From contig OZ244048.1 in NCBI GenBank assembly GCA_965215265.1, positions 1,856,001 to 1,920,000 on the forward strand: DNA of 64,000 nt. The letters run 5' to 3'. The notes beneath the pieces are model-generated. The model saw only the letters and a list, made by a program, of their open reading frames with translations. It was not told the DNA's origin and ran no database searches. The position numbers and the translations under genes are program-made. Positions 50,916 through 60,331 of this stretch are shown here, in pieces. Origin of the DNA: Candidatus Poribacteria bacterium. GTDB taxonomy: Bacteria; Poribacteria; WGA-4E; WGA-3G. Every line of letters starts with the position of its first letter. Positions within the stretch are counted from its first letter, which is position 1.

Positions 50916-51009
50916 CGACGATGTGGCTTGCGTTAGAAGAAAACCCTTTGAAAAGGGTTTTCTTTCTAACGCACCTTTTTTATGGAGCCGTGCCTGAATG
51001 TTGAGAACC

Positions 51010-51412
51010 TCCCAGTGGGTTGCGAGTAAAAGGTTAGCTTTTCTGTCCTTCAGGACAGAAAAAGAATACCTATCTCGCAACTTTTGAAAAGTTAAGTCCT
51101 GATTCTATTACCGACGATATGGATGGCTACTCTATCTTCCCGAGCCACGAGCGGCGGAATGGGCAGAACAGTGAGTCTAAAAACTCTACGAGTCGCCCTA
51201 CCGGCATCGGATCTCATTGCAACATTACATAATAGTGTTTCCTGATTCGCAGGACACGTGACAACTGCCCAATGGGTGGCGAGTAAAAGGTTATCCCAAT
51301 GGGTGGCGAGTAAAAGGTAGCATAACGTGTCCTTCAGGACACGCGTAAACTACCTATCTCGCAACTTTTCTGTCCTTCAGGACAGAAAAAGAATACCTAT
51401 CTCGCAACTTTT
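51010..51412 (+). repeat. Cluster of R2 repeat copies (MITE/REP-like)
   Basis: CCCA.TGGGT.GCGAGTAAAAGG x3 and TGTCCTTCAGGACA...TACCTATCTCGCAACTTTT x3. Confidence 0.85.
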
Positions 51413-51487
51413 TTGCCTTCATGTAAACCTGCATCTCGTTTTTTGCGTTAGATTTGTTTAGTTTAGGGCAAAATTGACAAATCCATT

Positions 51488-54400
51488 TTGCCAATTTATA
51501 AAATTAGAACCGGAGTATCATTCTTGCAGCCATACATAGTATCCCGTAAAAAGAGCGAGAGCCCCCAGCCGCTAGGGTCCCTTGTACTCGTTTACCTTGT
51601 TATCCTACTCTCTCTTATTTCCCTTCAAACTTATGCAAAAAATAAAGAAACGGTAGAAGAAGCAGGTAAACCGTCTCCTCCGTCGGAGAAGGTATCTGTC
51701 GAACAGCATAAGGTCAATGCTGCTCCGCCAACAGAACAAAACGGATACTCTCAAAATCCTTACTTCATCTGGCAAACCGATTTCAAGCATTTCCGTGACT
51801 GGCAGCCGGAAAGCGTTAAAGTGACGATACCTCCGCCCGAGCCAGAAAATCAGATAGAGGGTTACTTAGACAGTCTACGCCGATGGAACTACGCACCGAC
51901 GCTGATTGATACAGAAGAACTCTACGATTGGAAGCCGCGAACCAAACGCGATGAAAAAGGTATAGACCTGCCGATGGATTCTAACCTGCAAGTAACAGGC
52001 AACCTGTCCGTCACGGTAGAGGCGAACAAGACACACTACTTCGGTGATGGTGACCTAAATCGTTATGGCGGATATGCATACGGAGGCGGTTATGGTGGCT
52101 ACAGTTCCGGACTGGACTTAGGCTTAACCTCTTCCTACGGTTATGAGGATTTCGGTTACGGAAGTGGCTTCGGCGACAGTTACGGAAGTAGTTATAGCCG
52201 TTACGGAAGTAGTTCCGGCGGCTATAGTAGTTACGGTAGTGGCGGGGTCCCGCGTGCCTCAGGGATTAACATCCGGCAAACACAACAGATTGGATTGCAT
52301 GGACGCGTCGGCGAACGTACACACATCGCTGTCGATTACAGTGCGGGGACTCCTTTCGGAGGGTACGGAAGCAGCTACGGCGGTTACGGCGGCGGCTATG
52401 GCGGCGGCTATGGGCTCGGTGGTACTAAGGAACAGAAACTAAAAATCTGGTATGAAGGCAAACCGGACAGCATCATCAAAACTATCTCTTTCGGAGACAT
52501 CACGCTGACACTCCCGAATACCCGGTTCTTGAACATTAACCGAAACCTGTTTGGGCTTGAAGGCGTGTTTGAGTGGAAAAACACCCGTCTCACCGCCTTC
52601 GGTTCGCGCAGCCGCGGGATTAGAGAAGTCCGCACCTTTCGTGGGCAATCGAGGCGAGCCGGTGGCAGCTACGGCTACGGGACACCCGGCATCCAAATCG
52701 CCGACGCGAACTACGTCAAAAATAGATTCTATCTCATTTACAAAGCGGAAGACGGCTTGTTACACGAAGACTACCTCCCTATCAAAGCAGGAAGCGAGGA
52801 AATTTACATTGACGACGGTGTCTTCGGAAATAACCAAGGCGGAAAGCGCACAAGCAAAGGCTACTTCAATCCGCAATTTCCGGGGCAGGACTACAATATT
52901 GACTATGAAACCGGTGAGCTCGAATTCTTAACCCCGGTATCAGCGAACTACACAATAGTGGTCGCTTACGAATACCTCGGGGCAGGCGGTGGCACTGTAG
53001 GAATGCCAGGGAACGTTTTTCCAGAGGAAGAAAGATCCGCGACTGCGGAGACGACCTTACCCCCTCAAAGCGAGGAAGAGACAGACGTGAGTCAACCGCA
53101 GAACTACGTTGTTCTTAAAGAGAAAGGATTCCGCGGTACAGAGGCAAGCCATGTGTATCGGCTCGGTACAGGGAATATCAATCCACGCGACTTTCAACTG
53201 ACAATAGTCCGGCAAGGACAAAGCGCAACGTTTGGGACAGACAGCGGGAGCGTGCCATACATTGAAATCTTCGGATTGGACCAAAACAGGGACGGCAATA
53301 TAGACGCACAGTTTATTGATTACGACCGTGGACTCCTACGTTTCCCAACCTTTCGACCCTTTGAAATCAGCGATCCGGGACACCCGTATTACCAGTACCG
53401 GGAATCGCTCAACAACGCAGCTATCTATCAAGAGAGCCTCCGAACCACAGACCAGATTTATACAATAATTGCCGACTACTCTTATCAATCCGAAACTTAC
53501 AACGTCGGGTTATTCGTGATTCCCAACAGCGAAACGGTCCGATTGAACGGGCGGACGCTCACACGAGATGCGGACTACATGATGGTTTATGAAGTCGGCA
53601 GCATAAGGTTTTTCACAAAACTTGACGAATTTGACGAGATTGTTGTCGAATTTGAAAAAACCCCGTTCGGCGGTTCATCTCAACAAGCCGTTGCGGGTGT
53701 CTGGGTAGAATATAGCCATAAACCAAAATCCAAATCTGCAAGGGAACAAAACCTTGAAGATAGATTTAATCGACTCGGCGGCATGCAGTTTCCTACGCAA
53801 GATGGGACCACAGATGTAGAAATTGGGGGTAACGTGTTTTCAGGACGAGACACAGGCCGATTCGGCCGTTCTGGTTTTGGCAGCGGTGGATACAGCGGTT
53901 TTGGTGGTGGATATGGCATGAGTGGTTTCGGCAGCGGTGGATACAGCGGTTTTGGCGGACGTTCGAGAAGTTACATCGGCACGTATGGGGGCGGCATGAA
54001 CTATTTCAACCCGGTCTTCCAAAAAGGTTTTACGCTTTCAACAGGTTACATTCTCAATACGGGACAACAACCGGCAGAAATTCCAGATGTCAACAGCGTC
54101 CCGAATCGCTTACAAGCAGTCAATATCAATACCAATTTCGGACGCGCATTTAACATGGCCTGGTTGATAAACCCGTTGCCGTTTGTGAACGTACGGAATT
54201 TTCCGCTGTCAATTGACTTCAGCGGGGAGACAGCATACTCGCATAATAATCCAAATAGTGTCGGTCTTGCTATAATTGATAGTATGGAAGGCGCAAAGGA
54301 AACCACAACCGTGCCAACGCTTAAGTACAATTGGAAGCCGTGCAGTGTCCCCGTAGGCGTTGCACTTCTCCTTTCTGGACAGCAGGAACGGATTGTGCCG

Positions 54401-57400
54401 ACACACGAGAATCGGGTCCTCTTTAACGTCGTACGAAAAGATAAAGATGAATCGGAGGCAACAGGCAACTATATGCGCAACCGTGATGTACCCGCATCTT
54501 CCATTCAACCTCTCTCTCTCTCAACCGAAGAACGTCTCATCATGGAACTCGGATACGAGTTTACCGACTTGGTGCAGGAGTGGGGCGGTTTTTCAAACGG
54601 ACTCTCAAGTGCAGGTGCCGACTTTTCTGAACGCGGCTTTATGGAACTCTGGATGCGTGTCCAAGGAGACGACGCTGTAACTCTCTTCCTCGACCTCGGG
54701 GTTGTGAGCGAGGATGCCGACAAAGATGGACGACTCGACAGCGAAGACCTGCCGGAGAACTTAGTGGATACCAATGGAGACAACGTCGTTGACGCACTTG
54801 ACTTGGACTTGGAAAACATCTCTAACGAACAGCGATACCGCGGAAACGGAACACTAGATACAGGGGAAGACACCGGATGGACATACAACGGAACGTTTGA
54901 CACGACAAGCTTTGGCGAGAACAATCAGGCACTGGATACCGAAGACCTCAACGGAGACGGTGTACTTGATAATATTGATGCATACTTCCAACTCTCCGTT
55001 CCACTTAACGAAATTCCCAAGGAATGGATTAAAAGTAAAAGCAAAAATGGATGGACGTTCCTCAGCATTCCCCTCTCCAAATTTATGCCTCAAGGCACAC
55101 GTCTGCCGAGTTTAGTATTTGTGCAGCACTTCCGATTCTGGCTCATCAAGAACCGGCCGGGGACCATACAAGGGACCTTTCAATGGGCATCCATCGAAAT
55201 TGTTGGAAATAAATGGGAACAAGGAATTATCACTCGCTCGCAACTCGGCGGCATTCCCAGCACCGGCGAGTTAGATGCAGAAGACGCGCTCTCAGAGAGG
55301 ACAGTCGTTGAAGATACGCTCGAAAAATTTATCGTTGGTACAAAGGATAACTTCAGTTATGACAAATATCAGAGCGCGTATCTCGAAATTGAGGATAATG
55401 AACTCTTCAAAAAACTACACCCATTCACGGCAACATCGCTCGGTTTTCAAACTCAACAGCAACGAGAACAGACACTGAGCCTTGAATACTATCTCTTTCC
55501 TGGGTCATACGGCATCACCTCCAAACCCCTTAAAGGCTTAACACAAAGCGAGGGACAGGATTTTAGTAAACATGATACACTCCGGCTCTGGCTCTATGGA
55601 GATAAAAGCTACACCACATTCGTCTTACAACTCGCCCCAAGCGTCCGAACTGGATACCGAAGCACATTTTACAATACCGACCCGTTTCTTGATAGAACGC
55701 AGGAAGAGGAAGATGTCAATGTGTTTGAGAACCTCACAGACTATTATGAGTACACACTGCCGATTGACTTTGACGGGTGGAAACTGATTGAAATCGATCT
55801 ACGCGATGGGAAGAAAAACGCGGCCCCTGATGTCATAGAAAGTGCACAATCACAGAATATTGGCGGAGATGTCTCCACAACATTCACGCCGAACACAATA
55901 GTACCTGAACCTTTAGATGACAAACCCGACGGCCATCCAGACGGTTTCGTCATCCGGGGTAAAACGGCTACTCAACTCTCTATTAAAAACATTGGCGGCA
56001 TCCTGCTGGGTATCCGGAACGATACAGAACGCGAAATCAGCGGAGAAGTCTGGGTGAACGAAATCCATCTTGGGCATCCACTCATTCGTTCCGGATGGGC
56101 ACGTCGTGGGAATATGTCTGTTTCATTAGGAAACCTATTAAAAGTACGCGGGGGCTACGCCAGCCAAGACAAAGATTTTGAAAGTGGAGCAGGCGAAATC
56201 GGACGCCAACGTCTCTCCTCACGCGGGTATAGCACCACCAATAATGATTACAACATCAACGCAGATGTTACCCTTTTTCCATGGTTACCGATTCAATACT
56301 CCGTCCGACAGCAGGAATCCGAAACCGAAGCCCGACGCGGCAGTTACACCAGCTTCCAAAGCGGAAAAAGCGAGACGCGCAATAGAGATATCTCCATTCA
56401 ATTTAACCGCACTCCTTATCCCAACCTTGGCTTTGCCTATAACTATCAGGATTTTTGGAACGAGAGCCGAGGCACGCAGATTAGCCACCTCTACACCAGT
56501 ATTTTTAGATACAACCTTGGTAGGAAACTTGGAATGAACGTGCAATATCGCCATGAAGATGTTATCGCGAAACCTGAAACCGCAACAGGCACTTCTACAA
56601 CAACTACATCTTACTATAGCTACGGCTATGGTAGAAATAGAGATGAAAAGACAGATAGTGGTTCAATAACATTTGATATTAGCCCGACAGACCTCTTTAG
56701 CCTTAATCCGAGCTACGATGTACGCCGGACACTTGAGAGACGTGAGCCGAGACAGACTACCACGGGCAACACGCCTCTACCGTTAGATGGAACTACTCAC
56801 CCTGACACGCCGGAGGCCGCTACGCCTATAGATTTTTCAATTGCTGAACGGGAACATAGACTTTCACTCACACCGCGCCTGAATCGTGACCTTTTGGGGA
56901 TACGCCCTACCGTGACAAGCCGATTGAATTTTAGAGAAAACTGGTTCAGTGAACAGAAAAGTGCCTCCCTGAACGGGAACGTCAGCATAGGTCTAAATCT
57001 GCGTATCCAAAAGTGGTTCGGGTGGCTTCTTCCGTCCGAAGCGGAAGCAGACAGACAGACAGGTAGCATTGGAAACGGTTTTCCTAACCGAATTGAGGAG
57101 ACTGCGAAACCTAATAGTCAAGCGAAAACCGCTACTCAGCAGGAAGGAACAATTGACTCCTTACGCGAACAAGGGATTGACGAAACTCAAATCCAAGAAT
57201 TAGAAGAGGAGCGCGGAGATTGGATTGAACGGGATAAAAAGGAAATTCAGAACACAAGCAGTGCGAATATAAAGACAGAGAGGATCTTTCATCGCCTCCT
57301 TAAAACCTTTACCGTCACTACCAATGCTAACTTCAATGCCACCGAATCTTATCGGCAGCTTGCCTCCGGGCTCTCCGCTTTAGAAATCTGGCAGCTTGAT

Positions 57401-58111
57401 GAGGATGCGCAGGAACGAACACACTCACGGCGCAGTCATCGCTACACCGTCCGGACCTCCATGCATCCGTGGACATGGGCATCCTTCGGCACGAACGTGA
57501 GTACTACCGGCAGCTTTCGGAAAAGCGCCGGCAGTACCTACCTCACGGCCGCGGATACCTACGAGGCAGACATTAAAATCACGGCACAAGAAGGTACCAA
57601 TTTTCAACTCCGCTATAGTTATACGACGCGCAACACTGCAAATTTAGAAACCGTGCTGAATGAGAGTGAAGCCCATACCCCTTCCCTGAGCTGGATACAC
57701 AAATGGGGGCAAGAGACTCGCACATCGTTAGGTATCCGAACGACACTCCGTGAGCAACAGCGAAGCAGCATTGAAAGCAACGCATTAATCGTGACACCTA
57801 ATTTTAGTATCGACTACCGGTATCGGACTGAAAACGGCCTCCGGGTTCCGTTTTTCGGAAGCATCCCGCTGAAGCACGATATTGAGCTCACTAACACGCT
57901 CTCCTGGGCAATCCGCAGAGAAGAATTTGGCACGAACCGCGAGGAACGGTCTGAACGTTATGAAACCACTTTACGGATGGGATATAAACTGAGCACGCAT
58001 ATCACCGCGAATCTTCACCTCGGCCTGAGTTACAACAACGATCGGGTTGAAGAAGGGAGAGATTTTTTCTCTATTGCCAGTGCCCTCACTGTGACTGGGC
58101 AACTGCAGTAG
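51488..58111 (+). CDS. SprA/Sov-like giant outer-membrane beta-barrel (type IX secretion translocon-like)
   Basis: 2207 aa; IWYEG..D.IIK.I.FGDI.L.LP, LFG, DYMMVYEVGSI, DLGVVSED, DTEDLNGDGVLD, GEVWVNE; long beta-strand-rich C-terminus; start codon uncertain. Confidence 0.75.
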   Translation: MPIYKIRTGVSFLQPYIVSRKKSESPQPLGSLVLVYLVILLSLISLQTYAKNKETVEEAGKPSPPSEKVSVEQHKVNAAPPTEQNGYSQNPYFIWQTDFKHFRDWQPESVKVTIPPPEPENQIEGYLDSLRRWNYAPTLIDTEELYDWKPRTKRDEKGIDLPMDSNLQVTGNLSVTVEANKTHYFGDGDLNRYGGYAYGGGYGGYSSGLDLGLTSSYGYEDFGYGSGFGDSYGSSYSRYGSSSGGYSSYGSGGVPRASGINIRQTQQIGLHGRVGERTHIAVDYSAGTPFGGYGSSYGGYGGGYGGGYGLGGTKEQKLKIWYEGKPDSIIKTISFGDITLTLPNTRFLNINRNLFGLEGVFEWKNTRLTAFGSRSRGIREVRTFRGQSRRAGGSYGYGTPGIQIADANYVKNRFYLIYKAEDGLLHEDYLPIKAGSEEIYIDDGVFGNNQGGKRTSKGYFNPQFPGQDYNIDYETGELEFLTPVSANYTIVVAYEYLGAGGGTVGMPGNVFPEEERSATAETTLPPQSEEETDVSQPQNYVVLKEKGFRGTEASHVYRLGTGNINPRDFQLTIVRQGQSATFGTDSGSVPYIEIFGLDQNRDGNIDAQFIDYDRGLLRFPTFRPFEISDPGHPYYQYRESLNNAAIYQESLRTTDQIYTIIADYSYQSETYNVGLFVIPNSETVRLNGRTLTRDADYMMVYEVGSIRFFTKLDEFDEIVVEFEKTPFGGSSQQAVAGVWVEYSHKPKSKSAREQNLEDRFNRLGGMQFPTQDGTTDVEIGGNVFSGRDTGRFGRSGFGSGGYSGFGGGYGMSGFGSGGYSGFGGRSRSYIGTYGGGMNYFNPVFQKGFTLSTGYILNTGQQPAEIPDVNSVPNRLQAVNINTNFGRAFNMAWLINPLPFVNVRNFPLSIDFSGETAYSHNNPNSVGLAIIDSMEGAKETTTVPTLKYNWKPCSVPVGVALLLSGQQERIVPTHENRVLFNVVRKDKDESEATGNYMRNRDVPASSIQPLSLSTEERLIMELGYEFTDLVQEWGGFSNGLSSAGADFSERGFMELWMRVQGDDAVTLFLDLGVVSEDADKDGRLDSEDLPENLVDTNGDNVVDALDLDLENISNEQRYRGNGTLDTGEDTGWTYNGTFDTTSFGENNQALDTEDLNGDGVLDNIDAYFQLSVPLNEIPKEWIKSKSKNGWTFLSIPLSKFMPQGTRLPSLVFVQHFRFWLIKNRPGTIQGTFQWASIEIVGNKWEQGIITRSQLGGIPSTGELDAEDALSERTVVEDTLEKFIVGTKDNFSYDKYQSAYLEIEDNELFKKLHPFTATSLGFQTQQQREQTLSLEYYLFPGSYGITSKPLKGLTQSEGQDFSKHDTLRLWLYGDKSYTTFVLQLAPSVRTGYRSTFYNTDPFLDRTQEEEDVNVFENLTDYYEYTLPIDFDGWKLIEIDLRDGKKNAAPDVIESAQSQNIGGDVSTTFTPNTIVPEPLDDKPDGHPDGFVIRGKTATQLSIKNIGGILLGIRNDTEREISGEVWVNEIHLGHPLIRSGWARRGNMSVSLGNLLKVRGGYASQDKDFESGAGEIGRQRLSSRGYSTTNNDYNINADVTLFPWLPIQYSVRQQESETEARRGSYTSFQSGKSETRNRDISIQFNRTPYPNLGFAYNYQDFWNESRGTQISHLYTSIFRYNLGRKLGMNVQYRHEDVIAKPETATGTSTTTTSYYSYGYGRNRDEKTDSGSITFDISPTDLFSLNPSYDVRRTLERREPRQTTTGNTPLPLDGTTHPDTPEAATPIDFSIAEREHRLSLTPRLNRDLLGIRPTVTSRLNFRENWFSEQKSASLNGNVSIGLNLRIQKWFGWLLPSEAEADRQTGSIGNGFPNRIEETAKPNSQAKTATQQEGTIDSLREQGIDETQIQELEEERGDWIERDKKEIQNTSSANIKTERIFHRLLKTFTVTTNANFNATESYRQLASGLSALEIWQLDEDAQERTHSRRSHRYTVRTSMHPWTWASFGTNVSTTGSFRKSAGSTYLTAADTYEADIKITAQEGTNFQLRYSYTTRNTANLETVLNESEAHTPSLSWIHKWGQETRTSLGIRTTLREQQRSSIESNALIVTPNFSIDYRYRTENGLRVPFFGSIPLKHDIELTNTLSWAIRREEFGTNREERSERYETTLRMGYKLSTHITANLHLGLSYNNDRVEEGRDFFSIASALTVTGQLQ

Positions 58112-58264
58112 GTTTCCTGTGGTGGCGCCCACCCGCCCAACTCCTCTCTCCTTTCAGGAGAGACTGGAAAAGGGTGGGTGGGCACCATTTGTATATTTAA
58201 GCACATCACCTTTTTTTCTATACAAGAGCCCAATAAAGGCTGCTATGTTAAATCCTGTACAAAT

Positions 58265-58480
58265 CTCGCTAGTGGCAGGATAGGTATCTTTCTCTGTCCT
58301 CGAGGAGAGATAAGATAACCTTTTACTCGCCACCCATTGGGAATACCGAACTTGCCAACCCACTGGGAGGGTTCTGATGTTTAGATTTTTAAAGACATAA
58401 CCTAAGTCATCTCCGACGAGATTTACACACGAGCCGTCAAAATCATAAGCGTTGACAGTACCAAGATATACAAAAAAGTG
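58265..58480. repeat. R2 (inverted) plus R1 repeat copies
   Basis: AGTGGCAGGATAGGT...TCCTCGAGGA...CCTTTTACTCGCCACCCATTGGG, then CCGACGAGATTTACACACGAGC. Confidence 0.85.
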
Positions 58481-58531
58481 ATTTTGAAAGACGAGGTTAA
58501 ATGAAGATAAAAAAGGAAAAAGGGACTGCTT

Positions 58532-59767
58532 TTATACATACGGTGCAAGTGCTGTCTTAACGGAACACGCATTCGGAAACCATCCAACAATCTTCTGTAG
58601 CACTTCATCAAGCAGAACGTCCGGACACGACGCACCTGCAGTCAAAACAATGTCAATTGGTGTGCCATCATCATGTCGAGTGGGTAGCCATCCTTCTGTC
58701 ACTTGAACCTGTTTTGTCTTAAGTGCAAGATGCCGGATACGTTCGGGGCTCAGCAACTCATCAGCATCTCGAATAAAATAGGTAGGCAGCTGTCCTTCAC
58801 AGAGTTCTACCAGATGACTCGTGTTAGACGAGTTGTACCCCCCGACAACAACGGCGATATCGCCGCCCTCTGTAATGAGTGCCAACGTTGCATCCTGATT
58901 TTCCTTGGTGGCGTAGCAGAGGGTATCTTTGGTATCCGCAAAGTGTTCGGAGAGGTTCCCTTTCCCGTACCGTTCAATGATGGAGTTGCGGAGTAAATCG
59001 GCAATAGCTTGTGTTTCCGTAGCGAGCATCGTTGTCTGGTTGACAACGCCAATCCGTTTCAGATGAACAGCCGGATCGAAGCCAGCGGAGTACCGGTCTG
59101 CGAAGTTTTGAAAGAAAAAGTGACTATCGGCTTCCGCGCGGATGACCTTTGCCAATTTTTTCGCCTCTTCCATATCGCGAACAACGACAACATGCGCCTC
59201 TGCTTGCGCGTGCGAAAACGTCGCCCGTGTCTCCTCATGATACCTTTTTCCGTGGACAATCACGGTATAGTCTAGTCGCCCAATCTCTTGGCTCCGCTTC
59301 CAAACCTTCTCAACAAACGGACAGGTGGTATTGTAGGCTGAAAGTTTGACTCCGCGTTCATGGAGTGCGGTTTCGATCTCTAACGTTGTACCGAATGCCG
59401 GTACGATAACAACATCTTCTGGTGTCAAGAGATCGAAGGGGAGAAGCGAATTGCCAGCCGTATCGGATAGGAATTGTACGCCGTGGGAGCGCAAATTCTC
59501 GTTAACACGTGGGTTATGAATGATTTCAGAGAGCAAGAAAATCCGTTTGCCGGGATTCTCTTCCAGGGCCTGATACGCTATCTCCACTGCATTCTCAACC
59601 CCGTAACAAAATCCGAAATGGCGTGCAATTTTAAACCGGACGGGTCCGAAATCCAACAAAGATGGGGACAGGTCACGTTTGCGCGCATCGCTGCTTCGGC
59701 GCGTCTGTTTGACAACCGAAATGATAGGGCTCTGATAAAAGTGTGGAAGATTAAAAGTTCTGGGCAT
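58532..59767 (-). CDS. ispH: 4-hydroxy-3-methylbut-2-enyl diphosphate reductase
   Basis: FGFCYGV, EIIHNP, TTCPFV, NQTT, TLCYAT, GGYNSSNT, TAGASCP. Confidence 0.96.
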   Translation of the reverse strand: MPRTFNLPHFYQSPIISVVKQTRRSSDARKRDLSPSLLDFGPVRFKIARHFGFCYGVENAVEIAYQALEENPGKRIFLLSEIIHNPRVNENLRSHGVQFLSDTAGNSLLPFDLLTPEDVVIVPAFGTTLEIETALHERGVKLSAYNTTCPFVEKVWKRSQEIGRLDYTVIVHGKRYHEETRATFSHAQAEAHVVVVRDMEEAKKLAKVIRAEADSHFFFQNFADRYSAGFDPAVHLKRIGVVNQTTMLATETQAIADLLRNSIIERYGKGNLSEHFADTKDTLCYATKENQDATLALITEGGDIAVVVGGYNSSNTSHLVELCEGQLPTYFIRDADELLSPERIRHLALKTKQVQVTEGWLPTRHDDGTPIDIVLTAGASCPDVLLDEVLQKIVGWFPNACSVKTALAPYV

Positions 59768-59835
59768 TTTCTAAAAATTTTTCGTCCAGTTCAGCCCAAT
59801 AAAGGCTGCCGCTATTTACAAACCTTTACAAAACT

Positions 59836-60235
59836 CGCCAGTGGCAGGATAGGTTTTCTTGTCTCTCCTGCAAGGAGAGACAAGAAAACCTTTTACCTGC
59901 CACCCACTGGGAGCCGCTTTATGCTATGCCTAAGGAATCTCCGACGAGATTTACACAAGAGCAGCGTTGTAAAATCATAACCTTTGATGGTACGGAGATA
60001 TACAAAAAAGCGATTTCATCCGTCTCAAAAATTGGGAGCGGGTGAAGAATTCACCCTGCAAAGCAGGGAGAACTTCAAATCCGGCTACCATCGGCACTTT
60101 CCAGCGATATACCATGCGCTGGCGGGAAAAACTCACCGATGCCTGCTGCGTGGATGCACTCTGCCCTTCGGGTGGCAGGCAAAAGGTAGCAATCGCGTGT
60201 CCTCGAGGACACGCGATACTACCTATCCTGCCACT
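59836..60235. repeat. R2 (inverted), R1 and R2 (direct) repeat copies
   Basis: Same motifs as 58265-58480 and 51268-51412. Confidence 0.85.
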
Positions 60236-60331
60236 GCAAGTGCATCGCAAATTTCTTCGCGTTTTGTTGATTCACATGCTATTAATAGTGCTCCGGAGCC
60301 GATGATTCCGAGGGCGTTGAGCCCAAAAAAT

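Noticed and set aside
39843-50972. Cassette array as an integron or a classical RiPP cluster
   Set aside because: No integrase; the hairpins lack attC RYYYAAC/GTTRRRY ends; no radical SAM, YcaO, LanM or C39 peptidase; leaders look Sec-type.
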